DNA from: Chrysomallon squamiferum
Taxonomy: Eukaryota > Animalia > Mollusca
NCBI GenBank assembly: GCA_012295275.1
Contig: CM022666.1
Span: 12,648,001 to 12,712,000, forward strand
Reading direction: 5' to 3'
DNA length: 64,000 nucleotides
Positions within the stretch are counted from its first letter, which is position 1, and every line of letters starts with the position of its first letter. The notes under the pieces were generated by a model. It was not told the origin of the DNA. It was given only the letters and a program-made list of their open reading frames with translations, and made no database searches. Shown here piece by piece: positions 1-22,644 of this stretch. Position numbers and translations under genes: made by a program.

Positions 1-253
1 TTAAAAAAATAAAGATGTAAAGAAAATAAATAAATTAATAAATAACACTAAATAAAACACTTTCGCTTTATTAAAATATTTATAACAATCATTTATATTG
101 TTCCTGTTATTATTGTTGTTGTTATTGTCATCGCCGTCGTTGTTGTTTCATACTTGTTTCTTTCTTCCAAACAGAGGATACACCAGTTTTACTAAGTAAA
201 GTGTAAGAAATTAACGTAGTATCGTATCGTTCAGCTTTTTATCAGGTCTACAA

Positions 254-276
254 GGGCGGTTTATGTGATGACGTCA
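254..276 (+). promoter_or_regulatory. GC-box-like GGGCGG and CRE palindrome TGACGTCA upstream of TNF exon 1a
   Basis: GGGCGG at 254-259 and TGACGTCA at 269-276, in a CpG-richer patch ~180 nt before the ATG. Motif match only. Confidence 0.4.
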
Positions 277-450
277 TCTGGTAGGTCCTCGTACACGTAT
301 ACAAACTAACTCACACCGTGGCATTGCCAGAGACCGTGCTTGTCATAGACGTGTTTCATGTCAGCTTGATCAGAGTTACGCGTTAATCTTTTTTCACTCA
401 CACACTTCGGGCGTTTAAAAGCAGAAATTAAACAAGAAAAACAAAACAAA

Positions 451-4834
<4,384 letters not shown>

Positions 4835-5234
4835 ATAGTACTTTAAAAACAGCATTTAAAATACTTTTTTAATAATAATATAGTTTACAAAGGCATTCTT
4901 CAATATATACTTATATACTTATATACTTATATACTTTTACACTTATATACTTATATACTAATATACATATATACACAGAGAAACAGATACATCTTGTGTC
5001 GCAAGGGAGAGTCTTTGGTTTTGGTAACAGACTTTTTAATAATAATATAGTCTACAAAGACATCCTTACAATATATACTTATATATATGCAAACAGAGAA
5101 ACATTTGAGTCTTCTTTTTAACATAATTATCCTGATTCTCCCTTGACTGATTTTGTATTAAAACCTCTTTCCAAACAAAACTAAGATAATTAAATCTTTT
5201 TTGTTGATTTTGTAATTTTGTTTTCACCAAACGA

Positions 5235-5240
5235 AATAAA
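5235..5240 (+). terminator. Candidate polyadenylation signal of TNF copy 1
   Basis: AATAAA ~400 nt after the stop, followed by a GT-rich tract. Conserved at 33893-33898. Confidence 0.45.
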
Positions 5241-6054
5241 ATTTTAAAGAAATTGTTGTTTCTAATCTGTTATATTTAGATCCACATGATGAATTATGAT
5301 GGTAAACCGTTTTGATCTCACGCAGTAGGGCCCTGAACCATTCCCTAACAGGCCGTGGAAAGTTTTAACAGGATATTTAGATGTACTGTTTGGTGCTACT
5401 TTGGCATGTCATTTACAACTTAAGTGGCGACGATATAGGAAATGTCAGTTTATAAGATGGTATATTCCTTTAAATTTGACAGGAAATTTTAGTTTATAGC
5501 AAACTTATTCACCTTTTAAGCTCAATTCAACGATAAATTATAAATATATAATAAAAAAAAAAAAAATAAAAAAAAAAATAATAAAAAAAGAATAAAAAAA
5601 TAATAATTGAAAAAAGCGCATAGAATTTTCTCAGTGTAGACCACATCATCACGTTTATCACACACCAAAGTAGCACCTACTGTTTTCTCTGTTTAAGTTA
5701 GAAAATTGATCATTATTTCCTTATTAAACCGCGGGTTGCAATTTAGGTTAAACCTACTTGTAGAATTCGTTAGTAGCTATTTTTTTACTTATTATAATGT
5801 CTTATACTGTTGTGCTATTAAAGTACAGTTTTTGAAAATGTAACATTTATTATTTACATATATAGCTTACTTTAATACAGTCTTAACATCTCGTAATTAA
5901 CCTGTTTGTATCATTAAAGTAAGTAAATATGTACCGTTAGTTAGCAGTAATCCAATTAATGAAATCGCTTTGCAATTAACAATCATTAGCGAGAGACAAA
6001 AGTAATTTTTGTCGGCTAGACTGTGCTGATTTCATATCACAGTGGTCGGCCTAT

Positions 6055-10200
<4,146 letters not shown>

Positions 10201-10522
10201 ATGTGTGTGTGTGTGTGTGTTTGTGTCAATAAACAATCAATCTGAAATCACTTTTATCTTTATTTGTATGTATACATATGTGTATATGTGATATCTGTGT
10301 AGATATGCAAGTCATGTATCTATATGTAGGTGTGTATGACATAACATTTATACTATGGAATATAAAACAACTTTGCACTGGTAAGATATATAGTATTCTG
10401 GTGTAAGTGTTTGTTTCAATCTGATATGCAGATTTAAAGCATACATAAGATAGAACAATTTAATTAACAATGCATAATGGTTGCTTATGCTGTTTTTTAT
10501 AACCACACACACCGATCTCTCT

Positions 10523-11081
<559 letters not shown>

Positions 11082-12042
11082 AGATAGATGATACTAATTA
11101 ATAATTAATTTATTTGGTCAAAAGTCTAGATAGACTGAGTAGCTGGACATAAGCACCATGTCTCTCGTTAAAGATTGAAATACACGAAACAGATGGGCAG
11201 CCGATAAATAATTAGTAGCTAATTTTGTGGTTTGATTCAAAAAAGATTAATTTTCTGAAGAAGGTAAGGTATTTATTATATGCTAAAAAAGGTATTTTTT
11301 TATTTTTTAAATAAATAAAAATAGTGAATCGCGTTTTCAGACGTCAAACAACACGAATATTGTAACTGTATCCAGAATGTTTTAGTTTAACTGTAGTTAA
11401 TTTCTAGCCCGAATGTTTACATCTGCGAACTTGTACATAAATCTCTGGACAGCAGAATCATGTTATGAAGGATATTTGGTTTCTTTGGATAACTATTCAG
11501 TAGTAAGTTGCATAAACTGTGTTGTAATTTGTCTGTTGTTGCAGATACTCGAGAGACTTAGGTGTTTTGTGTGGCGTCTTTTTAGCGTCTGTGGAATAAC
11601 GTACGTCTGCTAATAATAACCAATGGCAATCAAAAAACAACAACAACACACGTATAAGATTCCATCCTTTAAACACAGCATGATATAAGGTCATAATATG
11701 CTATGTTATAGCATTTTAAGACAAACGTGTTTTGTACTTTTAGGTGTGTCAAGGATTTTACAAAAGACAAAATAAAGAGAAATATCAGAAGACTGGAAAT
11801 ATAATTCTAGGCAGAGCGTTTTTTAAATTTAGAAGTATATCCAATTTAAGCTTAGAATTTTAAAAAGTAACAAAATATCCAGTTCAGACTTAGAATATTA
11901 AAGTTTAACAGTTTATTAAATATAGCCACAGAAGTTTAAAATTGAACACAATATAAAATTTGAACACAATTTTAAAATTTTGCCTTTAAAATTTTAATAT
12001 TTTAAATGTTTCTGACTCGTGTCTAAAATTAAACATTTAACA

Positions 12043-12726
12043 ATGGAGAACATTACACTGCCAGCCATGGAGATGTCTACAAGCGCTGACTTGTTGTGGA
12101 TTCCTTATGTAACCATAGCTGTTGTTTTAACGGTAATTCTAGGCATTTCCTTTAGAAGACGACACCTCGGTATAATGAAGAGAACTAAATCAGAATCTGA
12201 CTATTTGGAGATGTCTATCAACAGACACAGATCTCGTATTGGGCAGTTTGTAACGTCTAATTCAGACAACGCTAATTTGAACAAACAAAAATCTACAGAG
12301 CAGTGCAGCTTTGTTAACTGCATAACAGAGAAACATCGTGAAAAGAAAGACGTATACGTTTTGAATCGTATTTCTGATATACATGAGGCTGAAAATCACT
12401 CAGCTGGTGTTCAAGATGTTGATAGTCGTACAGGACCACGTACAGAAATGACTTGTGTGTCTACGATTCTGGGATCGAGAGGATATTGTAATACCCTGAA
12501 GGAAAAGGAAGTATCATTCAGTGCAAGAAATCAAACTCAGAACTGGAAAGGTTCTGAAAGAAATCAGATGTTAAATGTAACAGATGAAGTGTTACAGAGT
12601 AACGAACTGTCTATGGATCTTTCTAGTATTGTTCTAGAAATAAATGAATCATCGGTGAGAACGGAGAGAAAGAAGAAGAGAATCTCTGAAACGGGTAATG
12701 ACAGTAAAAATGTTTGTTCTGCATAA
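12043..12726 (+). CDS. Uncharacterised single-pass (type III-like) membrane protein, 227 aa, copy 1
   Basis: Long ORF in AT-rich DNA. Short N-terminus with an NIT sequon, TM LLWIPYVTIAVVLTVILGISF, then an RRRH stop-transfer. The frame is kept without indels in copy 2. Candidate 5'UTR intron 11264-11743 (AAG|GTAAGG ... ttttag|G). Confidence 0.7.
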   Translation: MENITLPAMEMSTSADLLWIPYVTIAVVLTVILGISFRRRHLGIMKRTKSESDYLEMSINRHRSRIGQFVTSNSDNANLNKQKSTEQCSFVNCITEKHREKKDVYVLNRISDIHEAENHSAGVQDVDSRTGPRTEMTCVSTILGSRGYCNTLKEKEVSFSARNQTQNWKGSERNQMLNVTDEVLQSNELSMDLSSIVLEINESSVRTERKKKRISETGNDSKNVCSA

Positions 12727-13687
12727 AAATGAAAGATGTTTCTGATAAGTAAAACCTGAACAAACACATTTTTCAGTTAAAACTATAGATTTTTCAACAT
12801 CATATGAGCCTTCGAGTGACGTACGAAACGTACAAAGATTTCAAAAAAAATGTAGAATTCTCGTGAAATTATTGACATGGAAGATATTTCTCAATCCAGA
12901 TCAGCAGAAATTAAACACACTTGTGTGTCGCCTGAAGTGAATAAGTTTTAAGGAAGATTCTTAAAGACAAAGGAGAAAGGAGGGAGGGTAAAAAAGGAGA
13001 CTGAAATGATTTCGCCGAAGATGTGAAAACGTCGCATATTTTAAAGGAATTATTATGATTACAGAAACACTTTTGTTGACAATGAAGACACGAACAGCTA
13101 AATGAAACACATTTCAAATATAAATAGAACAATCACTTTGCACACACACACACAGATGAACAGTCATATTCTATAGGCAAAGTGCTTGTCAGTATAAACG
13201 TTTATCATTAAAGATTATAGTGTTATTTGAGTACGTGATCAAAACAATGTTATCATACCACTGTAATACTGCAGAACAATCACAATCAAAAGAGAAAAAC
13301 AGTGTCAACGTGTAGGCATACATAAATTTTCTTTAATTATATCCAATTTGATCCATTAAAACATGATTTCATGTTGTTGTTTTTTATATGATATTGGTTT
13401 CGAATTAAAAAACAACAACATTATATATATATAGTACAAAAGTACAACACATCATTATATATTTTCAAAAGAATAAACATTTGCTGTTTTAAAACTTACT
13501 TATTTTTGCTTTTGTTAGTTATTTCTTCCGATATATCTGTCACTCAGTCAATCATAATTGAGTGTTATCCACTCACTGACTGATAGTTATCAAGCCCATT
13601 ATCCCGTAATGGCAAACGTAGTTTTAAAATCACCGACATCCATTAAAAAAGGACCACCGAGTTTTACTAACAGTAAAAAATGGCTTA

Positions 13688-14014
13688 TATCCTTTTCATT
13701 ATTATTAGTTTTAGTATTAGTATTATTCATTTATTTATTTACTTTTATTAAAATAAATATACTGACACCCTTATAAACACTCAGATGCACAAAATCTTTA
13801 TATATTATTGTCTCGTGCTACAAATAAATATGAAATTCATCTGTATCTCTGAAAAGTATCTACTCTCAGTAACATTTTGATACCAGTGTATACAAGACAG
13901 TAAAATAAATAAATAAATACACAAATAAATAAAATTGAAATAAAATTAAATGGCAAACGTGAACATAGTGAATTTTAAAACTTTTGGTCACAGAATTATC
14001 GATCGGTTGATGGA

Positions 14015-14055
<41 letters not shown>

Positions 14056-14579
14056 CACACATCACGGGAGATAACTCTAAGACTTTTTTTTTCAAACCGT
14101 ACAATAAAGAGTTTAACTACTAATTGGAGTCGTGTACTTTTTGCAGATTATTATTAGTATTATTATTAAATATTACTCATATAAAACTTTGTTCATGGAA
14201 TGTGAACTACTCAACTAGATATTATTCTGTTGGTGATGGTTTTTTGCCCCTGTTTGTTTCTTTGAGCTAACAAACAAAATGTCCGAGGAACACTAATATA
14301 TATCCATATTTTTCAACTGTTTCAAATACGATCATATTTTTTCAAAAAAATATGTGTGTGTTATTTTATAATTAAAAGCAAGAATTAATAACCTGAATTA
14401 ATTTGATCTATATTTTCGGTCTGGGAACCAGATGTTTGAAAGACCCGAAAAACGATAAACCGTTCGATAATTTTCACACCGGCTGAAATTGTTCGCCAAC
14501 TTTATTTGAGTGTATATCAAATAAAAAGGACGTGTGAATGAAAAACAAAATAAGTTCACGTTAAGATACATCCTTTTCG

Positions 14580-14615
<36 letters not shown>

Positions 14616-14853
14616 GTATTACTATTAATATTAGTATTATTTATTTATTTTTATTAAAATAAATATGTTGACACCCTTATAAACACTCAGATGCACAAAA
14701 TCTATATGTATTATTGTGTCGTGGTACAAATAAATATGAAATTCATGTATATCGCTGAAAACGATCTACTCTCAGTAATTTTTTGATATCATCATCATGT
14801 ATATCAAGAAAAAAAAAAAAAAAAATCAATAAATAAAATTAAAATATATCAAA

Positions 14854-14903
<50 letters not shown>

Positions 14904-15125
14904 CAACAATAATTATGTTTTATTTTATAATTAAAAACAAGAATTAATAACGTAAAAGTTTAATCAAAACTTTCGGTCTGGGAACCAGTTGTTTGAAAGA
15001 CCCGACGAATCATAAACCATTTGATAATTTCACAGCTGCTGAAATTGTTCGCCAACTTTATTTGAGTGTATATGAAATAAAATGCGCGTGAGCATGAAAA
15101 ACAAAACAAGTTCATGTTAAGATAA
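13688..15125 (+). repeat. Local tandem duplication upstream of the NUFIP1 fragment
   Basis: Blocks 13688-13880 ~ 14570-14790 and 14365-14565 ~ 14915-15125 (cggtctgggaaccag..gctgaaattgttcgccaac). The same pairing is seen at 42117/43615. Confidence 0.8.
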
Positions 15126-15137
15126 TTTAGAAGTACA

Positions 15138-17993
15138 ATGAATTTCCCCAGTAATATTTTTCCTCCACTGAGAGTTTTAATAGAAGTCCACAGAGTTGTC
15201 AGTTTAACGCACAGCATCACCAAGAAAGATATTTTCAAGGAAACGGGCATGGCAACACGAACAACCACCGATATAAATCGAAGAAGGCTGACTTTTATCA
15301 TTTGTAAAAACGATTAGCTATCTGAGTATCTCATTTTTTAAATGAAACTAATATGATATTTTATTAATCCATATGATTAGGTTATTTTTATTTTCAAAAT
15401 TTGGTAGAAATCATAAATGGGTTTACCTTCAGTATGTTCATTATAGATGTTTAATAAATAATTAAAATAATAGTGTAACACGTAAAAACAAAAGTGCTAT
15501 ATTTATTTATTTATTTATTTAATGCAAACAAGTGTAGTACGCAGCTCAGTCGCAGATTATATTTACTGTATCTGATAAAAAAATAAATAAATAACTAAAA
15601 AAACATTTTCTATTCACATTTTTTATTCACACCCCCTCCCCCGAGAGGGACATAATCCTCCTCACTGTATTATGTATAATCTGTGTGTTGTTTGTATATA
15701 TTCCTGATTAATAATAAAAATTCTAATATTTGATATAATTCAAAGTTTTAAACATGTTAACAATAAAATATTTATAGGTTATGATAAATATTGTTTAATA
15801 TATTATATGTAATGTATACAGTTTTGGGGTTTGTGATGGAGACATTGTTAGTTTTAAATGCTTTTTTTTATAATTATGTGTGTAAAATATATATATTTTT
15901 TTTAAATACAAATTTATTTTAAACTTTCAGTGCACAGGTTCTGGCTGTCCGTACATTGCCACTCCCAAACTTGTACAACTTCATTATCAACAGGTACATT
16001 TTTTTAATTTTTTTGTTTTTTTGTTTGTGTATTCCTGTATATAGTTCTTCTGATGATGTTGACTAGTTTACAGAACATACACTTTAGAGATACTAAAACA
16101 CATCATTTTATTTGATTTTGGTGTTCCTCAGATTCATCTTTACAATACAATACATTTCTGTAGTAAATTTCAGTTCAGTAAATATCAAGTCTGACATCAC
16201 ATTAGCTAAAAATTATGAAAAATAAAGAAAAAATAAAAGAATCTGAAAAAAGAAAAACAAATTGAAACTCTAATTGTAACTATATGTCATTACACTCGTC
16301 ATTTTTAAGTGCAAATCTCAAGATAAATAATATAATTTTATTAACTGTGCTCATTATTCTTTAAAAAATATGATGAAAATCTGTTTTTACAGATAACAAT
16401 AGCTACATTTATTCACAAGTTAAGTATACTTGTTTTATGGTGTTTTCTCATAATTTTAAAGCATTGCATTTGGTTTCTATCAAAAGCTGAGTTACATCAT
16501 TGTTTTTGAAACCAGTTAATGATGTCAAGTGGGATATGACTGTATTCAGAGATCATTTCCACTTCAGACTATTAAAGAGTGGCAATAGCATTCTCACAGA
16601 AAAACATGATAATCTTGTTATTATGTAATAAAATATTCACCTGTAGATTGACCACTTTTACTTTTCATTTACTAGTGCCATCCACTGTTGAATATATAGC
16701 TTAATCATCTTTAGCTAAATTATTTGAACATTTTCATGTTTGTCTGTTTATCATGTTTCTACATAACCTGTATGTTTGGTAGAAAGGGAAAAGCTGTTTG
16801 TTACACTGCCCAGTGATAGTATGCTTCATTATTAGCAAAGCTTGGATTTTAGAGAAAAAAAAACTGTATAGCAGAAATTCATTAATTGTTTCAAAATATA
16901 AAAATATTTTTTAATCTATTTACTTACATATACACCAATAAAATCATGCTTTTGTATAGTAAATATACACTTTTAAAATAGTACTGTTAAAAATTAAAGT
17001 ATCATTTCCTTTCAATAGTTCAACAAATAAATAATTTGTTATTTGAAAAACATGTCTTTGTAAAAGACTTTCTAACAGTTTGCTGGATACAGAATTATTG
17101 TTGTTGTTTATTTATTTATTCATTTATTCATTTATTTATTTCAGCAACACTAATGTAGTTTCACTAAAAACAAATTTGGTCTTTGGAGTCACAAGAGGAT
17201 ATTGATAAATGGATTTCAGAAATGAAAATGTGAGTTTTGTTATTGCTTATCTATCTGGAATATTTGCCTGTAACAGCATTCCCATACTTTTCAGTAATAA
17301 TAATGATGATGATTTTTAACATAGTAGATAAAATTTATTAACAAGCCAGAATTTCAGTGAAACTGTGCTATTCCTTTCACTTAAATGATAATGCTCATAA
17401 GAGAACTGTAACGAACACAGTGAATTACAACAAAATTTGCAGTATATTGCATATTTTCCACTGGTCCAGGACTATGCATGAATTTCATGTCTGTCTGATA
17501 GTTCTAAATTTTACCATGTGATGGTGATACCCACATCAGTAAGAAAGACTTGAAACAACAATGAATCCCTTTTCTGTCAGATGAAAGAAACAAAAAAAGA
17601 GTTGACCATTAAACGGCAATAACTAATTTCTTTTTCCTAACGCTAATGATAAATTATATATTTACTTTAGTAACCATCATTATTAAAATATGTTTAGGTT
17701 TCCATGAAAAACCAATATTTTTTTATTAATTATTCTGTACATTTATATAACATACACACGAATAAATAAACTGAAATACACTATAAGGGTTGATTCTCTT
17801 ATTTAGAAATCAATTTTCTTTCTGTTTATTTTTATTATTATTATTATTATTATATTTTTATTATATTAATCCTTTTCTTCAACATTTTTAATGAACACAG
17901 GAAATTCCTGAAATTTGAGAATATTAAGAAGAAAGAAATGGAAAAGTCAGAGAAACAGGAGAGAGGAGAAATTCTTGAAACTAAAGATTTTGG
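15138..17993 (+). pseudogene. NUFIP1: NUFIP1-like unprocessed pseudogene fragment (possible exon 1 at 15138-15286; exons 15931-15993, 17145-17229, 17901-17993)
   Basis: The exons translate CTGSGCPYIATPKLVQLHYQQ / QH*..QIWSLESQEDIDKWISEMK / KFLKFENIKKKEMEKSEKQERGEILETKDFG. This matches the second C2H2 finger and the PEP (Rsa1-like) region of NUFIP1. There is an in-frame TAA, a frameshift and a lost donor (GG|ATAAC). The first zinc-finger exon and the 3' exons were not found. The exon 1 assignment is weak. Confidence 0.85.
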
Positions 17994-18042
17994 ATAACAA
18001 CACTTTATTAGTTTGCTAATACCTTTCTGTCTTGGCATTTAT

Positions 18043-18444
18043 TTTTGAAGAAGGTATTTATTTCTAAATTAATAATAATAATGCATCATTTCCTGTAAAA
18101 GTAATAATCTAAAAATAAATTAAGAATTCTTGCTAACAGCATTAGAAAATATTAATAATAATTTAAATATGTCCTAAGCAATTGCATTAGTCCTTGTTAA
18201 AATGAGGGTGTCTCTGTTAATATAACTTTTTATTTGAGAAAGTGAAACACACTATTTCCATTGTTGTCCTGTAAACATACTGGAATAGTGAATGAACTTT
18301 TATAAGGCAATTTGTGATATTAAAATACATTAATGATGTTTTTGAATTGCCAAATAAAGATCAGACAAAGACATTAAAAAAATCTGTTGATTTTTGCTGA
18401 AACTGGAAGTAATCTCAGCTGACCATGATTACAAACACTGAAAC
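18043..18444 (+). repeat. Displaced copy of the TNF exon-1b donor and first ~0.5 kb of its intron (internally deleted)
   Basis: gaagaag|gtatttatttctaaatt..aatgcatcatttcctgtaaaa..gtcctgtaaacatactggaat..acaaacactgaaac aligns with 29255-29752 and 1597-2011. Confidence 0.85.
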
Positions 18445-18912
18445 TTTATTTTAAACTTTCAGTGCACAGTTTCTGGCTGTCCGTACATTGCCACTCCCAA
18501 ACTTGTACAACTTCATTATCAACAGGAACATTTTTAAATTCTTTTGTTTTTTCTTTGTGTATTCCTGTATATAGTTCTTGTGATGATGCTGACTAGTTTA
18601 CAGAACATACACTTTAGAGATACTAAAACACAACATTTTATTTGATTTTGGTGTTCCTCAGATTCATCTTTAGTTCTAAATTTTACCATGTGATGGTGAT
18701 ACCCACATCAGTAATAAAGACTTGAAACAACAAAAAATCCCTTTTCATTTTTTAAATGTAAATACAAATAACTGAAACATCTGCAAATGATAATAAGCAG
18801 AGAAAAATGCATTTATCTGAGAAATATAGATTCATAAAAAAAAAAATATCTTGATCTTACAAAAATTAATAAACTTAATATTTACTATTGGTGTTAAATA
18901 TTTTTTATCTAG

Positions 18913-20360
18913 AAAGGGAATTTACATCATGGAAAGGATGAATCGGCTGATACAGAAACCATTCTCGTGGAGACTGCATAGTCCAAGTTGTAAGAATTTT
19001 GTTTTATTTTTTTGTCCTAAAGAGTAATACAAGTTTTGTAACAATTGTTAATTAATTATAAAAATAGAGTAATAATAATCAATTGTTTACTGTTGTTTGT
19101 TATTATTTTTATTATTATTATCATTATTATCAGGATCGGTATTATGCATTACTCACTAATGTAATTTATTAATAACAAAGTATGTCAAAAATATCCAACA
19201 ACTCACTGTGTCTGAATACTGCAGTAACTAATACCAGTAAAATACACATTTTAATAATAACAGAAGTGTTCGTTATCTATTTAAGACTCTTTATTTATTA
19301 TTTGTATTATTATTTGATTTATTTATTCATCTATTTTTAGAATGCACATCTAGCTCTAAATGAACCACTGATGTTGGCATACGCCAGTGAAGTTGTTTGA
19401 GTACAACATGTATCCAAGCCATCAGGTGTGTTGTTGTTATTATTTATTTATTTATTTAATTTATATTTATTATTTTGTATAATACTAAAATGTATTTATT
19501 AAAATCAGTTCATTTGGCACTGTTAAAATTTATTTATTTTACATTGTGGAAAATATGTCTTAAATTACATTTCAGTTAAATCTGAGGTATATTTAAAGGC
19601 ATTCATCCTTCTACTTTGATTAGTAAATGATAGTTGAAAAGAAGGAGAAGAATTATGATGATTGCAGTTAAACATACAAATGTATGAATGTATGAGAGAT
19701 AGAGAGAGGATGAAGGAATGGAGAGACAGAATGATATTGGGGGTGCATATTTTGTATAATTCATCATATCAGACTTTACATTCAGCATTTAAACAAGAAA
19801 TTTTAAAACTCTCAGATTAATTACAACTTTTAAGACTTCCACTGAGCTTCCATCAGGTTTTCTGATTAAATAAAGTTTGCAAAAGACATTGCAAAAGACA
19901 AAAAATCTGAGCAGGTTAATTTGAGTTTGTTTTCTTCCATATTTCTCATTATTATTATAATGTAATTTAATATATGAAGTTGCAGTTTGTAAATAATATA
20001 TCAGTAAGTACACATGCACACAAACACAAAGACAAATACACACACACACACACACATAGACAGATACATGAACACAGATACATACACTTAAATTCATATA
20101 AATACAATTATTTTGTGGTAAATGTTTATTTCTATATTTTAAAACAAAAGAATAAGCATCATATTTTAACAATATTTTAAAATGTTTAATTTTCCTATGA
20201 CATAGGAGATGGATGTACAGAAGCTGTGGTGTTCAGTTTTTGTTATCTGCAGTCTGTCAGTTTTCATAATTTGTTTAATAAACACAATTTTTGTAAATAA
20301 AATAACAAATCAGATGGTAACATCAAAATTTAGAATATAATAAATTTATATTTTAATATT

Positions 20361-20423
<63 letters not shown>

Positions 20424-22556
20424 TCCCTCCTTATCCTCCTCCTTAAACTCTTTCCCTGTATTATTAAATAGTAATTGCCTCATTCTTATTTATTTATTTT
20501 TTAGATATATGTTTGAAAGATGGGTTAGGAATATCTAATTTTTTATATAATCTCATCAAAACATTCTGTAAATGGCATCTTCCCATCACGTTTTTCCACT
20601 TCTCTTAGGAGGATCTCCTGTACTCACGAGGCAGTATACAAGAAAACCTAATGAACTTTCTCGCAGAGCTGTTCTCGTTTGAAATGATAAAACTGACAGA
20701 GTCAGGACAGCTTCTGAATGATTAGAAACCAGAAAGTAAGTTATGGTTCAGAATTTGAGTAAAAGAAAGTCCACAATTGTATTATATCTTTTATTATACA
20801 AATTAATGAAAAATTGTATTGGAAAAATTGGGATTTATAATATTCAGTTTTAGTGTATATATTGAGAGATGCCTTTACCTATGTAAATACATTTTTATTA
20901 TTTAAAGTAGATGATTTCAGATTTTGAAAGATCTTTATATAATGGTCAGTATTTCAGAAGGCTACTAATGAAGAAAGTTAATATTAAAGGAATATTTAAA
21001 TGAGTGCATCTCATGTAAATTTTATGAAGATCAATTTCTTCAGAAAGCTTACATTGCAGGGTTTATTATTCTTTTTGTTAATTTTAATGTGGTTATGGGA
21101 GGTCAAGTGTAAGAAAACACTAAGTACCCATTAGCAATGCAACAAAATGTAGCTTTCACAAAACTGAGTCGAGATTCACCAGTACTAGAGAACTATACAA
21201 AAGAAAGTTTACTTCATAAGTATTTACTTAATTCATTTTGTTAAGTTTATAGTGATGGATAGAATGGCTCAGTGGTTAGAGTGCATAGCCAAGGTTGTTG
21301 GGTTCTAGGATCACACCTGCATGGAGGATGAATAAAGTTATTTACCAATCTAGCTGCTGATCCATTCCTGATATATCTAAGATCATGTCTGTGTTTTCCT
21401 GTGGAAAGATGTATCTTAAAAGCAGATTTTTAGTTGGTTTAAAAAGGGTGTCACTTCATATTACAGAAACATGTTTTCCATTTCATTAGCTGTATTGTTA
21501 CTTACCTTTTAAGATACAAAAGACTAGTGAGAATCATGTGGTGTATATTCTTAAATAAAATATTTCTTTTTTATTTTAGATTTGGTCTATTTTAGCAGAA
21601 TTTATATTTATCAATAATCAGGTTATTCTTTTAACAGGTACAGATTTGTTTTCAATTCAGAATTTACATTTATATTTTGGCGAACCTTTTTAGACTTTTA
21701 TCATATTTATCAGTATGTCTGTATGCTTGCATGCACAATTGAAATCCAATAGCTGAAATATATTTTTTTCAACAAACATTCATTTGCATCAATAAATGGT
21801 ATTGATATACATATATAATAGTAAATAATGTTACTAACAAAAACATATACAATTAAATTATCTGAGTTTTTACTTTTTCAGGCACATACCTCAAAACAGA
21901 CATTTGTCATTACCTAAACATCAGAATGGCACCTACAGACAGCAGAACAGACAGAAGTTTCTAAAAAAAAAAAAAAAAAAAAAAAATGGTATAAAAATAG
22001 ACACACATTAACTTTTCTGTTTAAATATCAACTTACATTCTTCTTAGATTTGTTTTTCCAATGTATTCTTAGTACAAAGTAAGAAAAGCAGATTAAATCA
22101 AGAATAGTCTGTAATAATAAGTAAACTAAGTGCAGTATACAAACAGCCAGATAATTTAGTATACTTCCATATTTCCATACTTCCATTAGGATTGTTTTAT
22201 TTCTCTTTAGCTTATATTTGTCCTGTGGGTAACCAAAACCATTTCTTGTTTTGTTTTGAATTTGCAAAAATACAGTTTACTTTATTTTGTTTGGATTTGA
22301 AAGTTTAAAAGTTGATTTTAGGTGATTAGTGGTGTGTTATTTGAATTTCTTGTAAACAATTGTTTAATTGGAAATTGTCAATTAAGAAATTGACAATGTG
22401 TACCATATAATTACAGGCCTGTGATTTGAATTTTTCTTAGAAGAATTATTACACGTTTTCAATATATCAGGTGTCTACTGGGAGTATTAATTTCCTATTA
22501 AACAATAATTATTTCTATTACTGACATAGCAAATGAGCACTAGCAAATAATTTGAA

Positions 22557-22644
<88 letters not shown>

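Noticed and set aside
12019-12042. GTG-initiated N-terminal extension of the TM ORF (also 40795)
   Set aside because: In a eukaryotic context the first ATG (12043/40819, acaATGG) is the plausible start.
14960-15301. 113-aa minus-strand ORF (also 43655-43963)
   Set aside because: No recognisable motif, non-ATG start, and it lies antisense to the putative NUFIP1 first exon.
17850-18038. Repeated minus-strand ORF MPRQK.ISKLIKCC.. in every array unit
   Set aside because: It is the antisense shadow of the NUFIP1 exon, and its C-terminus varies with microsatellite length. Recurrence reflects DNA duplication, not selection.
21255-21330. Possible tRNA gene
   Set aside because: It has an A-box, but the B-box is degenerate and no cloverleaf forms. 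Better explained as a SINE head.
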